Shown here: piece by piece, positions 24,901 to 34,430 of the stretch | How the letters are laid out: each line of letters opens with the position of its first letter | Numbering within the stretch: position 1 is the first letter of the stretch | DNA from: Azolla caroliniana | Lineage: Eukaryota > Plantae > Polypodiophyta | Length of the DNA stretch: 64,000 nt | Direction of reading: 5' to 3' | Assembly: GCA_043228905.1 (NCBI GenBank) | Contig: JBHGNT010000004.1 | Span: 13,826,001 to 13,890,000 of the forward strand | Notes under the pieces: model-generated | Databases searched by the model: none | Told to the model about the DNA's origin: nothing | Seen by the model: the letters and a program-made list of their open reading frames with translations, nothing else | Program-made: the position numbers and the translations under genes

Positions 24901-27473
24901 TAGTCCTGAAAAAGAATGGGAAAATTCGTGTATGTGTGGATTATAGAAAATTGAATGCAGCGACAATTACGGATGCGTTTCCGTTGCCATTCACAGATGG
25001 GATATTAGATGCAGTAGCGGGACATGAAATTTATAGTTTCTTGGATGGGTTCAGTGGGTACAATCAAGTACGGATGAATCCGGAAGATCAGGAAAAGACA
25101 GCTTTCGTCACAGAATGGGGTGTCTTTGTGGCAGTAGTCATGATGTTCGGTTTAAAAACAGCTCCAGCTACATTTCAGCGGGTAATACAGGAAATATTCG
25201 GGGAATATATTCCAGCTTTCATGCAGGTGTTTTTAGATGATTTTGCAGTATATAGTCGGAAAGCTGATCATTTTGAGCATTTACGGCTATGTTTAGAAAA
25301 ATGTCGAAAAGGGCGTCTTAGTTTAAATCCAGCCAAATGCGCATTCGGAGTAATGAGTGGTACATTACTTGGGCATATTGTCAGTCAAGAAGGGATTGCA
25401 GTGGACCCAGATAAAGTTAAAGCAATTATTGAGGCAACACCACCAACAAATGCTAAAGCTCTAAGTAGATTTTTGGGTCAAATTCGGTGGCACAGTAGAA
25501 TGATGAGATATCTAGCAGACATTGCTATTCCGTTACACACAGCAGTACACAAAGTTCCTTTTATATGGACAAGTATAGAACAAGATGCGTACGAATGTCT
25601 CAAGAAGATGCTGACGAAGGTTCCGGTAGTTCAACCACCGGACTGGAACAAACCATTTCATGTTTTCGTCGATGCGTCGGACATTGCCATAGGCAGTGCT
25701 TTAATGCAATTATCCGAACCAAACTGGTATAGGCCGGTATACTATGCCAGTAGGAAACTTTCGTCGGCCGAAAGAAACTATTCAACAACCGAAAGAGAAG
25801 CTTTGGGAATGATATATAGTGTGAACAAATTTCGACATTACCTTTTGGGTAAGAAATTTACATTTCATGTGGATCATTCGGCTTTACTGTATCTAGTTTC
25901 CAAACAAGAATTGACAGGCAAGTTAGCCCGATGGACGTTATTGCTTCAAGAGTTTGAATTTGACATTATACATCGACCAGGAGCACAGCACGCAATTGCT
26001 GACTATCTCAGTCGGCTTGAGTCTGGAGAAGAAGCGGTTGGGGTTAAAGATGATTTTCCAGATACTCAATTATTTCGGGTGGAGGCAGTAAAAGCACATG
26101 AAGTGAATGAGGAAAAAGAGGACGAATGGATTTCCGAAATGACGATATTTCTATCAACAGGAATTCCGGCCGAACACATGTCGACAGATGAAAGAAAAAG
26201 AATTGCAGTACGAAGTCGGAATTTTTGTTTATTTAATGACATGTTGTATCATAAAGGAGCGGATGGAATATGGCGAAGGACAGTACGAAAATTTGAAAAA
26301 TCAGCCATATTAACAGAGTCACATTGTGGAATTGCTGGCGGTCATTACGCAGGAGAAGCAACAGCCAGAAAAATATGGAATAGCGGGTTATGGTGGCCAA
26401 CGGTGATGAAAGATGCTAACGAATACTGTAAGAAATGCGATTTGTGTCAAAGAATGGGGCAACCAACCGAAAAGGATCGAATGCCTTTTCAACCGGTTTT
26501 ACCTCTTGAGCCATTTCAGAAATGGGGCTTAGATTTTGTTGGCCCATTCAAACCAGCAGCTGCAAGAACCGGTAATCGATATATCATAATTGCGACTGAC
26601 TATTGCACAAAATGGGTTGAAGCAAAAGCTCTCAGGGACAATACGGCAGCATCCACAGCAAAATTCCTGTATGAGTATATATGGTGTCGATTCGGTTGCC
26701 CAATAGAATTGGTAAGCGATCAAGGCACTCATTTTATTAACAAGTTAATTAACGAATTAACCAATTACTATGCCGTAGTTCATAAGAAAAGTACGCCTTA
26801 CTATCCCCAAGCTAATGGATTGGCAGAATCGACAAATAAAACAATTCAAACAATTTTAAAGAAGATAGTGAATGAAAATCGTACTGATTGGGATCAAAAG
26901 TTAAATAGTGCATTATGGGCATATCGTACTTCGTACAAAACATCCATTAAATCAACACCTTTCCGAATGGCATTCGGACTCGAAGCCGTTATGCCAATCG
27001 AATTTCAAATTCCGACACTTCGTATTCAAGCAACGAATAAGTTAAATGAAATAGAATCGGAGCAGATACGCAAAGAGGCTTTATTAGTATTAGAAGAAGA
27101 ACGGATTCAATCAATGTCAGCACTAGAACACAAGCAGAGACAAATCAAGGCATTCGTAAATCGACATCGAAGGAAATCGGAAGAGCAATTCGAAATTGGG
27201 AAACCGGTATTGGTATTCCAGACGAGAATGGGACTTATGCCTGGGAAACTCCGGTATAGATGGACAGGTCCAGTATGGATAATTAATAGTAAAAATGGTA
27301 CGTACCAACTGGGATCATTAACCGGAGAGGTTTTACCAAAATGGGTAAATGGATTTCGGCTTAAACCGTATTTGGGAGATATGCCGGTAAATCCGTTTAT
27401 TCAAACGGAAGAGTATGAATCGCTCAATAGTTCTTGTCAAATGCAGAAATACAATCTTGCCATAACAGTATGA
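21924..27473 (+). CDS. Element C intact gag-pol polyprotein (1849 aa)
   Basis: Uninterrupted ORF: gag, zinc knuckles, Q/N-rich tract, PR IIDGGSG, RT FLDDF, RH, INT. Confidence 0.95.
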   Translation: MSYEEEAPVSCKRPRTRSVTKVVQQAFITQEQPESSTKWSKLPDLSDQLPSDEKQTEEVSFYDIWDDMPYTYSKFREGTDAEAHVRDFLTTWEINHGAQRLSADAEEKSKIAEFVLSLDGYSANWFAQNGLQGFPSFEVLTSKFLQLFHQQIPQKDLIAQFYALYQEKNETVSQFVIRFQNLQLQISRPIPDKELKEVFLEAVKEPLRTTLKVFDFRNQTIEQVIDKAIEMGRPPVNVQSMDMSALHRTLPTMEELQFRQAVQCTTCLNTGHSAIDCTLRTHCTICHSKLHSVEQCEYNLLNKTTASVRQIFADNGYQNNTNLFNGYQNNNFSQNQQNVQQNPVLQPNQIFSQQNMQPTQVTQAFQPGFAQSNPPFVQNPNQYFQQNNQSFQQGNPPFQGFQQNCPNVQPNSTFQPNPAFQPGNMTFQHNTQTVPQNNQMFQQSNFPPNQEFGIPHNIAQPNDNTEQFRPNRYKNKRFYKPKATRQYQQNPNGNEEQQFNNGQFAHGETSATFVPTCYICRQLGHYANQCPVKGKGPAVNMVIPEVQQVTTRSKSKQSEWEIQEEVRKAAKEWVDEANQSNVNRMLQDNNIDQDIAVQQSLENKEQEETWKLLADCQVSLPLKGLLKLVPRFTEKVAALIAYKGSEQIAVHYNQPSNNPSIMDEQNPSIKVILYGQEIGNVIIDGGSGVNVINKTTCEKLGITEWEECSFWLRMADTSTVRPIGLLRQLDVIIGGHSFQISAVILQLETQGAYPLLLGRPWLKTANIKQNWKQNVLTFRKGKNKVRIPTHNKVTTSKQSLPVYAEAVNMMEGLDEEEESQYFDDNQKIIPLFEVDILQALTPYVDSHEEVPIDEQTIKEIRMQQEAKDKELQVSQRVQASALEEIDLAGVEDAERKTILIARDLTVNDKRTLTTLLLQYKDVFAWSFDDMKGLDPAFCQHQINFHKDAKPVQQRRYRLNPNYAIKVKEEIDKLLKVGFIRPVKKSTWLSPIVVVLKKNGKIRVCVDYRKLNAATITDAFPLPFTDGILDAVAGHEIYSFLDGFSGYNQVRMNPEDQEKTAFVTEWGVFVAVVMMFGLKTAPATFQRVIQEIFGEYIPAFMQVFLDDFAVYSRKADHFEHLRLCLEKCRKGRLSLNPAKCAFGVMSGTLLGHIVSQEGIAVDPDKVKAIIEATPPTNAKALSRFLGQIRWHSRMMRYLADIAIPLHTAVHKVPFIWTSIEQDAYECLKKMLTKVPVVQPPDWNKPFHVFVDASDIAIGSALMQLSEPNWYRPVYYASRKLSSAERNYSTTEREALGMIYSVNKFRHYLLGKKFTFHVDHSALLYLVSKQELTGKLARWTLLLQEFEFDIIHRPGAQHAIADYLSRLESGEEAVGVKDDFPDTQLFRVEAVKAHEVNEEKEDEWISEMTIFLSTGIPAEHMSTDERKRIAVRSRNFCLFNDMLYHKGADGIWRRTVRKFEKSAILTESHCGIAGGHYAGEATARKIWNSGLWWPTVMKDANEYCKKCDLCQRMGQPTEKDRMPFQPVLPLEPFQKWGLDFVGPFKPAAARTGNRYIIIATDYCTKWVEAKALRDNTAASTAKFLYEYIWCRFGCPIELVSDQGTHFINKLINELTNYYAVVHKKSTPYYPQANGLAESTNKTIQTILKKIVNENRTDWDQKLNSALWAYRTSYKTSIKSTPFRMAFGLEAVMPIEFQIPTLRIQATNKLNEIESEQIRKEALLVLEEERIQSMSALEHKQRQIKAFVNRHRRKSEEQFEIGKPVLVFQTRMGLMPGKLRYRWTGPVWIINSKNGTYQLGSLTGEVLPKWVNGFRLKPYLGDMPVNPFIQTEEYESLNSSCQMQKYNLAITV

Positions 27474-27798
27474 ATCGACTATAAATAGAAAGAGGAATTG
27501 CATGATTATTAGTAACAAGTACAACCACTACACGTAGAGTGAATACTAATTAATTCCTACATTAATAGCAATTACTATTCTTTAAGTCATCATGCATAAA
27601 TTAATATCTTTAAAGCATATTTCTGTATCGTCTGTATCGCCAAAACAACAGAAACGAGTGCAGATATCGAAACAGTCTGAGCCTCCTTCGTGCCCTAGTT
27701 CGCCCAAACTCTGTTTTTCTGATTTTCATCGCTACAGAAACTGTGCAGATCTGCAACTATCATCGACAAGTGATTCAGAACAAGGAAACACAGAAGTC

Positions 27799-29874
27799 AT
27801 GCCGATTCCTGTATCTGAAGAACTGCGATTGTGGCTTCATGAGAGAAACTTACAAGGTTTCATCAAAGTAGCAGAAGCGGAACCTCATCCGCAGGCGGAA
27901 GAATTGGTACAACAAATAGACATCACCAAAATCACCACAAAGAAAATACGAAATGCATTACAGATGCCAAGAGGAGGTTTTGAGGCAGTTAAAAAACCTT
28001 CATCAGAAGCACTCCAATCGTATTTCGGGGAATACTCACCCTCGGCAAAAGCATATCAGACTTATGGAGGTCGGGATGAGTTTTTTCATGAAGTGGCGAG
28101 GTTTTTACTAGAGGTGGGATTTGTCAGTCCTCGTTTTTATTGTATGCCGAAAAAAAGGGCTGGGTTTATTATAGCCGCATATGAAAAAGAGGATTTCAAC
28201 TGGCCACTATTGTCGGGGGAAGCTCTGAGAGAGCAGCTACAAGGGGTAAAAACAGGAAAACCGATGAAGCAAATTTTTGGTCGTTGGTTATCAGTATTGT
28301 TTCCGATTCAAGAATCGGAAACTCCTGTTCAGTCAAGAAGACCACCGATAATACAAGCACCACGAAGACACCGACAGCTAGTACATGAAGAATGGATAGA
28401 AGAAGAATCGGCACATGCCGATAATATACAAACAAATATGTCTCAGTCGGAACCACCTAGACCAGAGAATTCCGAAAACAGACAACCAGAAACAGTTGAC
28501 AATTTGAGAAACAAGCAACAGCCGACAGAAAATCGACAACAAGCAGAGAAGATGACACAAAGAACAAGGATTAAACAAAAGGCTAATCGGCAATTCCAAC
28601 CAGAAAACAGTGAGGGATCAGCACCGAAAAGGCAACGCACAAATGAAAAGTCGAATACGCCTGTGGTAACAGAAGTACTAAAACCAGGGGATGAGAGCAT
28701 TTCGACACAACCTCACCAAGGACAATCTTCAAAAGTAGCCATTCGGGAAGCACATGGATACTTGGATATCCCACCAACAGCACATGAATTAGCTGCCATT
28801 TTGCAGTTCAGAACTTCATACGAACTGGTTGAATGGTTGGCTAAAAGACTGACAGAAGTATCAGAACGGCTGGCTCAAGAACATAATGACCGAATAATGA
28901 TACAGAAAGCCTTACGAGGAGTGTTGGAACCTCAAGAAAAAGCAGAGATAGAGAAAATAGGCCGGAAAAGAAGTGCACAGCATAGAGGGGAGGCTATTGA
29001 AATGCCACCATTACATGAAGCACTGGTCGAAATTCATAAAGAATATGAAACGGCACGCAAAGCAGCCAGTGATATGGCTGAAAGATACAAAAGTGTATCA
29101 GCATCGGCGGAGGTGCTGAAGCATCAGTTTTGTAACATACAAGCAGAAAATAAAGAACTAAAGGAAAGTCTAAACAAATGGGAAACACAGGCACGGCTTA
29201 TGGTGTCGGAGTCAGAATGGCAACAGAAATTAGAGGATGCTGAGAAAGCACGACAAGCAGAAACAACAAGGGCCAACAATGCAGTATTTAGAACTACAGA
29301 ATTAGAAAAACAAATAGAAACCATTCAGAATGGTCAATACAAAGCTCTCGAAGAAAAAAATCAAGTAATAAACGAATTACAGAAAAATCTAGAAGAAGCT
29401 AAGACGGCCAATCATACATATACCGAACAAATTGAAGAATTCGAAAGGTATATAGTGTCACAGGAAAGTCAATTGACAGAAAAACAGCAGAGTCTTGAGG
29501 AAGTCAACAGAAGAATGACGGAACAGCAGGAGGAATGGAGTAGAGAGAAATCGGCATTCGAACAACAACTGGACGAAATTCGGAAGATAGCGGAACAAAG
29601 ACGGCTGGATATATATGTAGTCGAATCCAAATTAATGCGAGCTGAAAGTGAGAACCGAACCACTATTACGGATTTACAGAAAGAGTTGCAAACCGCCCAA
29701 TACGTCGCAAGCATCACTAGGGACAAAGTGCAGCACATCATAGGTAAACATCGAAACCTAGCAAAGAAACTGATCGATGAATCCCTTGCGCAAGGATGGA
29801 AGTTATGGACAGCACAAGCGGCGGAATTACAGATATTGCGTGCCGACAAAAATAACCGTCAGGTACATAGTTAG
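27799..29874 (+). CDS. Element C ORF2, coiled-coil protein truncated by deletion
   Basis: Open from 27592. ITTKKIRNALQMPRGG, YFGEYS and AAELQILRAD match A and B ORF2. Confidence 0.85.
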   Translation: MPIPVSEELRLWLHERNLQGFIKVAEAEPHPQAEELVQQIDITKITTKKIRNALQMPRGGFEAVKKPSSEALQSYFGEYSPSAKAYQTYGGRDEFFHEVARFLLEVGFVSPRFYCMPKKRAGFIIAAYEKEDFNWPLLSGEALREQLQGVKTGKPMKQIFGRWLSVLFPIQESETPVQSRRPPIIQAPRRHRQLVHEEWIEEESAHADNIQTNMSQSEPPRPENSENRQPETVDNLRNKQQPTENRQQAEKMTQRTRIKQKANRQFQPENSEGSAPKRQRTNEKSNTPVVTEVLKPGDESISTQPHQGQSSKVAIREAHGYLDIPPTAHELAAILQFRTSYELVEWLAKRLTEVSERLAQEHNDRIMIQKALRGVLEPQEKAEIEKIGRKRSAQHRGEAIEMPPLHEALVEIHKEYETARKAASDMAERYKSVSASAEVLKHQFCNIQAENKELKESLNKWETQARLMVSESEWQQKLEDAEKARQAETTRANNAVFRTTELEKQIETIQNGQYKALEEKNQVINELQKNLEEAKTANHTYTEQIEEFERYIVSQESQLTEKQQSLEEVNRRMTEQQEEWSREKSAFEQQLDEIRKIAEQRRLDIYVVESKLMRAESENRTTITDLQKELQTAQYVASITRDKVQHIIGKHRNLAKKLIDESLAQGWKLWTAQAAELQILRADKNNRQVHS

Positions 29875-29950
29875 TAATTAGCCGATTAACAAGTGGAATC
29901 GAGGATGAACATCCTCCCGTCTCTGCGCCCTTGTGCAATCACACGGCCGT

Positions 29951-32900
29951 TGTCGTAGTGTATTTTGTACACTACGTGAAAAACGTATATAGTATTAGAT
30001 TCAATAAAAAATGAAGAAATAGAAGAAAATAGCAAAATAAATGGAACATGCATAGGGCAAGATTCGAACCTTGCACCTCCATGTTAATAATGTAATGTCT
30101 TACCATTACACTAGCATTTCATTAGTGTTAAAGCATAAATGTCCCACATAGAAAGGTAAATTCACGCTAGGATAAACATTAGAAAAACGCATAACAAAAG
30201 AAAAAGCTACACATACACATCTAGCGTGCATGATAAAAAACGCACAAGTTAGAAAAAGCATGATCACTTTAGATAAAGCATATAGTCTATCTATAGGAAA
30301 AGCATGGGGTCTATAGTTAGAGAAAAAGCATGGATTACTAAGACTTCCTCATCACTACATAAGGATGGGAAGCACAATGTAATTGTGTGTGAAAAATATT
30401 TGGGAAATTGGATATATTTCCTAAAACACCAACAATCAATAAAATATACTCGTGGGATTCACGAAGTTTAAGATAATCTATCTCTTTCAATCTAAATTCA
30501 TATTCTTACATAAATATTGATTAATGTAATACTTGTGGGATTCACAAGGTTTGATCTCTTTTCTCAATCTACTCTAATCTATTCTAAATTATTTCAATTT
30601 ATTACTACGATTTAGATAAACTAAAACAATTATACTTGTGGGATTCACAAGTTTCTATATCTCTTTCTTATAATCTATTCATATTCATAACTAGATTAGC
30701 CTCAAATTCTTCCTCCTCCTAGTCCAAAACCCCAGTGGTTCCCACCCGACTCACGCAAACGATCCGGAGCCGAAAGGCACGACACAGTTGGTGAACCCGA
30801 CATGAAGGCGGGTGGCAAGGAGATGGAGAATCAACAAGAGGCGATGAACATGATGATGATGATGTTCGAGAGAATGCTACAAGAACAACGCGAGATGTCG
30901 GAGATCACGACAGTAGTACAACGGCTCGTGCAACAGAACGGGCAATTCGATGGAAAGGACGTGTCACGCTATCTACGTGACTACAAAATGGAGATGTTGC
31001 GATATGGTATCTCAGAAAGATTGCAAGTGTTATCTTTCAACCGGGTGGCTACGGATGACCTTCAAGAGAGAATCCACGAGATACGACAACAAAGCCCGAT
31101 GTGGGAGTCCTTTGAAGAAGCTATACGAGACACATATGACTATCTAAGACCGAAGCGGACGAGGACATGGTCCACGAACGGCGGTCAACAGTGGGTGAAA
31201 AGCGGCCACCGACTACCACCGAAAGAGAGCAAGGAGGACTTGATTGAGGAGGTCACCATGAAAGATGACATCGAATTGAAGGTGGCTATGGACGAATCAA
31301 CGACGGATGGCCATATCGAGACTTCCCCACCACTAATTCCAGAGACTCCGGCGGTTGCGATCGAAAGGCAACGTGAGACCGAAGAGACGGAAGGTGGCGG
31401 AGAGAAAACGAATGTCGATCCGACGAGACCGAATCGGAAGTAAGCTAATCCGACTAAGCCGAAAATCCGAAAAGAAGTCGAGATTGATGAAGAAAAGAAA
31501 GAGGGCAAGAAAAGATACTACCGCGGATGACAAGGACCAAGCGGGCCATGCAAAAAGCGAACGAAGACTATGGTGGATCGGATGTCGACAATGGTTCGGG
31601 TGGAAAGAATGGATGTGCTCCAAATGGAGAGACAAAGTCAACATAACAAGAGAAGTCGAGGGTACTACGAGCCGGCAACGAAACCAATCGGGTAGAGACC
31701 GGACGGAGGAGACTAACAAACACCAACAACTTCGGCACATACCGGAGGATGTGCGGGTTTGGAGGTGGCTATGGACGAATCAATGGCGGATTGCCATATC
31801 GAGACTTCCCCACCACTGATTCCAGACACTCCGGCGGTTGCGATCGAAAGGCAACGTGAGACCGAAGAGACGGAAGGTGGCGGAGAGAAAACGAATGTCG
31901 AAGCCGACGAATACGATGAAGAGATAGCCGAGAAGAATGCTAAGGGTGAAACTACGAAAGAAGGTAATACCGAGGATTCATGCCAACAATATCTAGAGAC
32001 TTCGGCGGTTGTGTCCGAGAACCAACGTGAGACCGGAGAGACGGGAGATGGCGGCAAGAAAGGTAAAGTCGGAAGCCGGTTCGGATGGAAGGTGATCCGG
32101 ACGGGATTCCGATCCGAAAGAAAGCCTAACCGGGTAAAAGAGGATTCGACCGAAAGTCGACCCGAAAGAAAGCCGAACCGAAAGGAAGAGAATTCGGCCG
32201 AAAGACGACACAAACGAAAGCCGAACCGGGCGAATGAGGATTCGGCCGAAAGACGACCCGAAAGAAAGCCGACCCGAAAAGGGGTCGAATCGGTCAAAAC
32301 CGATCGACCGAGTCTGACTTGGCCGAACGCGAATATGGATGGAAGCCAACCTAGCCGAAAGCCAATCGGACGAGATCGATCTGGAAAGAAGCTAATTCGA
32401 CTCAACCGGAGGTTGGACCGGTCGAGGCTGGTGAAAACGAGGAAAAGAAAGCCAACCGAAACCGAAACCGATAGATCGAAACCGGGGCGGAAGGAGACCG
32501 ACTCAATCAAAACCGAACAACCGATTCCGATTCGGCCGAATACGAATCCGATCGGAAGCCGATCAAACCGAAAGTTGATCGGACGAGAGCGATCCGGAAA
32601 AAAGTCAAAGTTGATGAAGACAAGAAAGAGGCCAGTAAAAGACACTACCACGAATGAGAAGGGCCAAGAATATGACGAGAGAGAACAAAGAATATGGTGG
32701 ATCGGGTGGCGACAATGGTTCGGGTGGAAAGAATGGGTCTACTCAAAATGGAGAGACAAAGTTGACATAGCGAGACAAACGGAGGATGAAGGGGAGACAA
32801 CGAGCATCGGCAACTTCGGCACATACCGGAGGATGTGCGGGTTCGGAGGGGGCGAGTGTCGTAGTGTATTTCGTACACTACGTGAAAAAGTAAAAATAAT

Positions 32901-33725
32901 ATAAATGATTTAATTACATATAAATAAATAAAATAAGAATATCAAAATATTTATCACGTGCATAGGGCAAGATTCGAACCCTGTACCTCCACGTAGCCAA
33001 ACCTCAACTTTACCATTATGCTACCTTATCTTTAGTGTTCTATAAATAGATTTAATAACTATAAGTGCTTTATTTGCGCCTACCTTTATTAAAAGGTAAA
33101 TCATGTATTTTTAGAGTGCGTGAATATTTTATAGAAAAACGCAAGCGACTAAAAAGTGACTCATGCACATCTAGCGTGCATGAGCACTATATTTAGCAAA
33201 TAAAAGCAAGGATTAGAAAAGCATCACATGCACATTTAGTGTGCATGAACATATTAGAAAAAAAAGCATGTAGCTATGCTTAGTCTCTCCCATCACTACA
33301 TAAGGATGGGGAGCACAATGTAATAGGTGTGTGAAAAATATTTGGGAAATTGGATATATTTCCTAAAACACCAACAATCAATAAAATATACTCGTGGGAT
33401 TCACGAAGTTTAAGATAATCTATCTCTTTCAATCTAAATTCATATTCTTACATAAATATTGATTAATGTAATACTTGTGGGATTCACAAGGTTTGATCTC
33501 TTTTCTCAATCTACTCTAATCTATTCTAAATTATTTCAATTTATTACTACGATTTAGATAAACTAAAACAATTATACTTGTGGGATTCACAAGTTTCTAT
33601 ATCTCTTTCTTATAATCTATTCATATTCATAACTAGATTAGCCTCAAATTCTTCCTCCTCCTAGTCCAAAACCTCGGCGGTTCCCACCCGACTCACGCAA
33701 CGATCCGGAGCCGAAAGGCACGACA
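29951..33725 (+). mobile_element. Element E1: non-autonomous gag-only LTR element (TR-GAG-like), chimeric
   Basis: LTRs 29951-30784 and 32857-33725 (TGTCGT..ACGACA). 4-bp TSD CCGT. PBS TGGTGAACCCGAC (tRNA-Trp type) and PPT GGAGGGGGCGAG. No pol domains. Confidence 0.9.
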
Positions 33726-34430
33726 CCGTCTTCCTCAATGAAGCACCCGAGGTGTGTAAACCGAACCTCCATCCCTTGGTCGAGGATCTGTCCGACCGAG
33801 ACCAAGTTCTTCGTGATTGTCGGAACGTGCAGCACGTCCATGAGTTTCCCTTTCTGCCCGACATGGCTAAGGGGAAATTCTCCGACATTCGCGATCGGAT
33901 GCGGAGTGTCGTCTCCTGTTGCGACTACTCCAGGTTGTATCAGTTTTTCAAGGTACGCGTGTTACCGGCCGGCAAGGAGTCCAAAATACGGAGTGAAGGA
34001 ATTAATTAGATATGGTTGTAAATGAGCATAGTGTGGACGGACGGACTGGAAACGGTATGCCGTTCCAGATCCGGACGGATCCCGAATAGGTGCGAGAGGC
34101 ACCGTTTTGTACTACGGGCCGGAAACCTATTTAAAGGCCCGGACCCTATTGTAATGACAACGGATAATTAATAGAGATTCTGATGTTTATACTTCTGTCT
34201 TGATTTCCGTTCTGTAATTACTGTTATATCTTATGCATGTAATTAACCAAAGCAATCTAATCGTGAAACCTACGTAAGTCGGTGTAATCGTTGAATCTTA
34301 ATCCTATGCCGTAATCACCCTTTGGTGAAGTGTCTCCGTGACACCTTGTGTTAGGCCTTGTCTGGCTAAGCGAATAACACAATTTTGGCGACCACGATTC
34401 CTGCTTTCTCGCAGCGAACGACGGTAATGG

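Larger units (their letters stand above)
21408..29891 (+). mobile_element. Element C: AT-rich Athila-like gypsy; 3' LTR reduced to its last ~25 bp
   Basis: 5' LTR 21408-21864 and PBS TGGCACGCCCGG at 21876-21887. TSD AGTGG. 29867-29891 matches the end of the 5' LTR. Confidence 0.93.

Noticed and set aside
30446-30652. CRISPR-like spaced palindromic repeats
   Set aside because: Only about 3 degenerate copies with uneven spacing, inside plant LTRs, and no cas genes.
31713-32651. Long antisense and overlapping ORFs here and throughout the retroelements
   Set aside because: Shadows of repetitive or GC-rich coding strands with no independent motifs.
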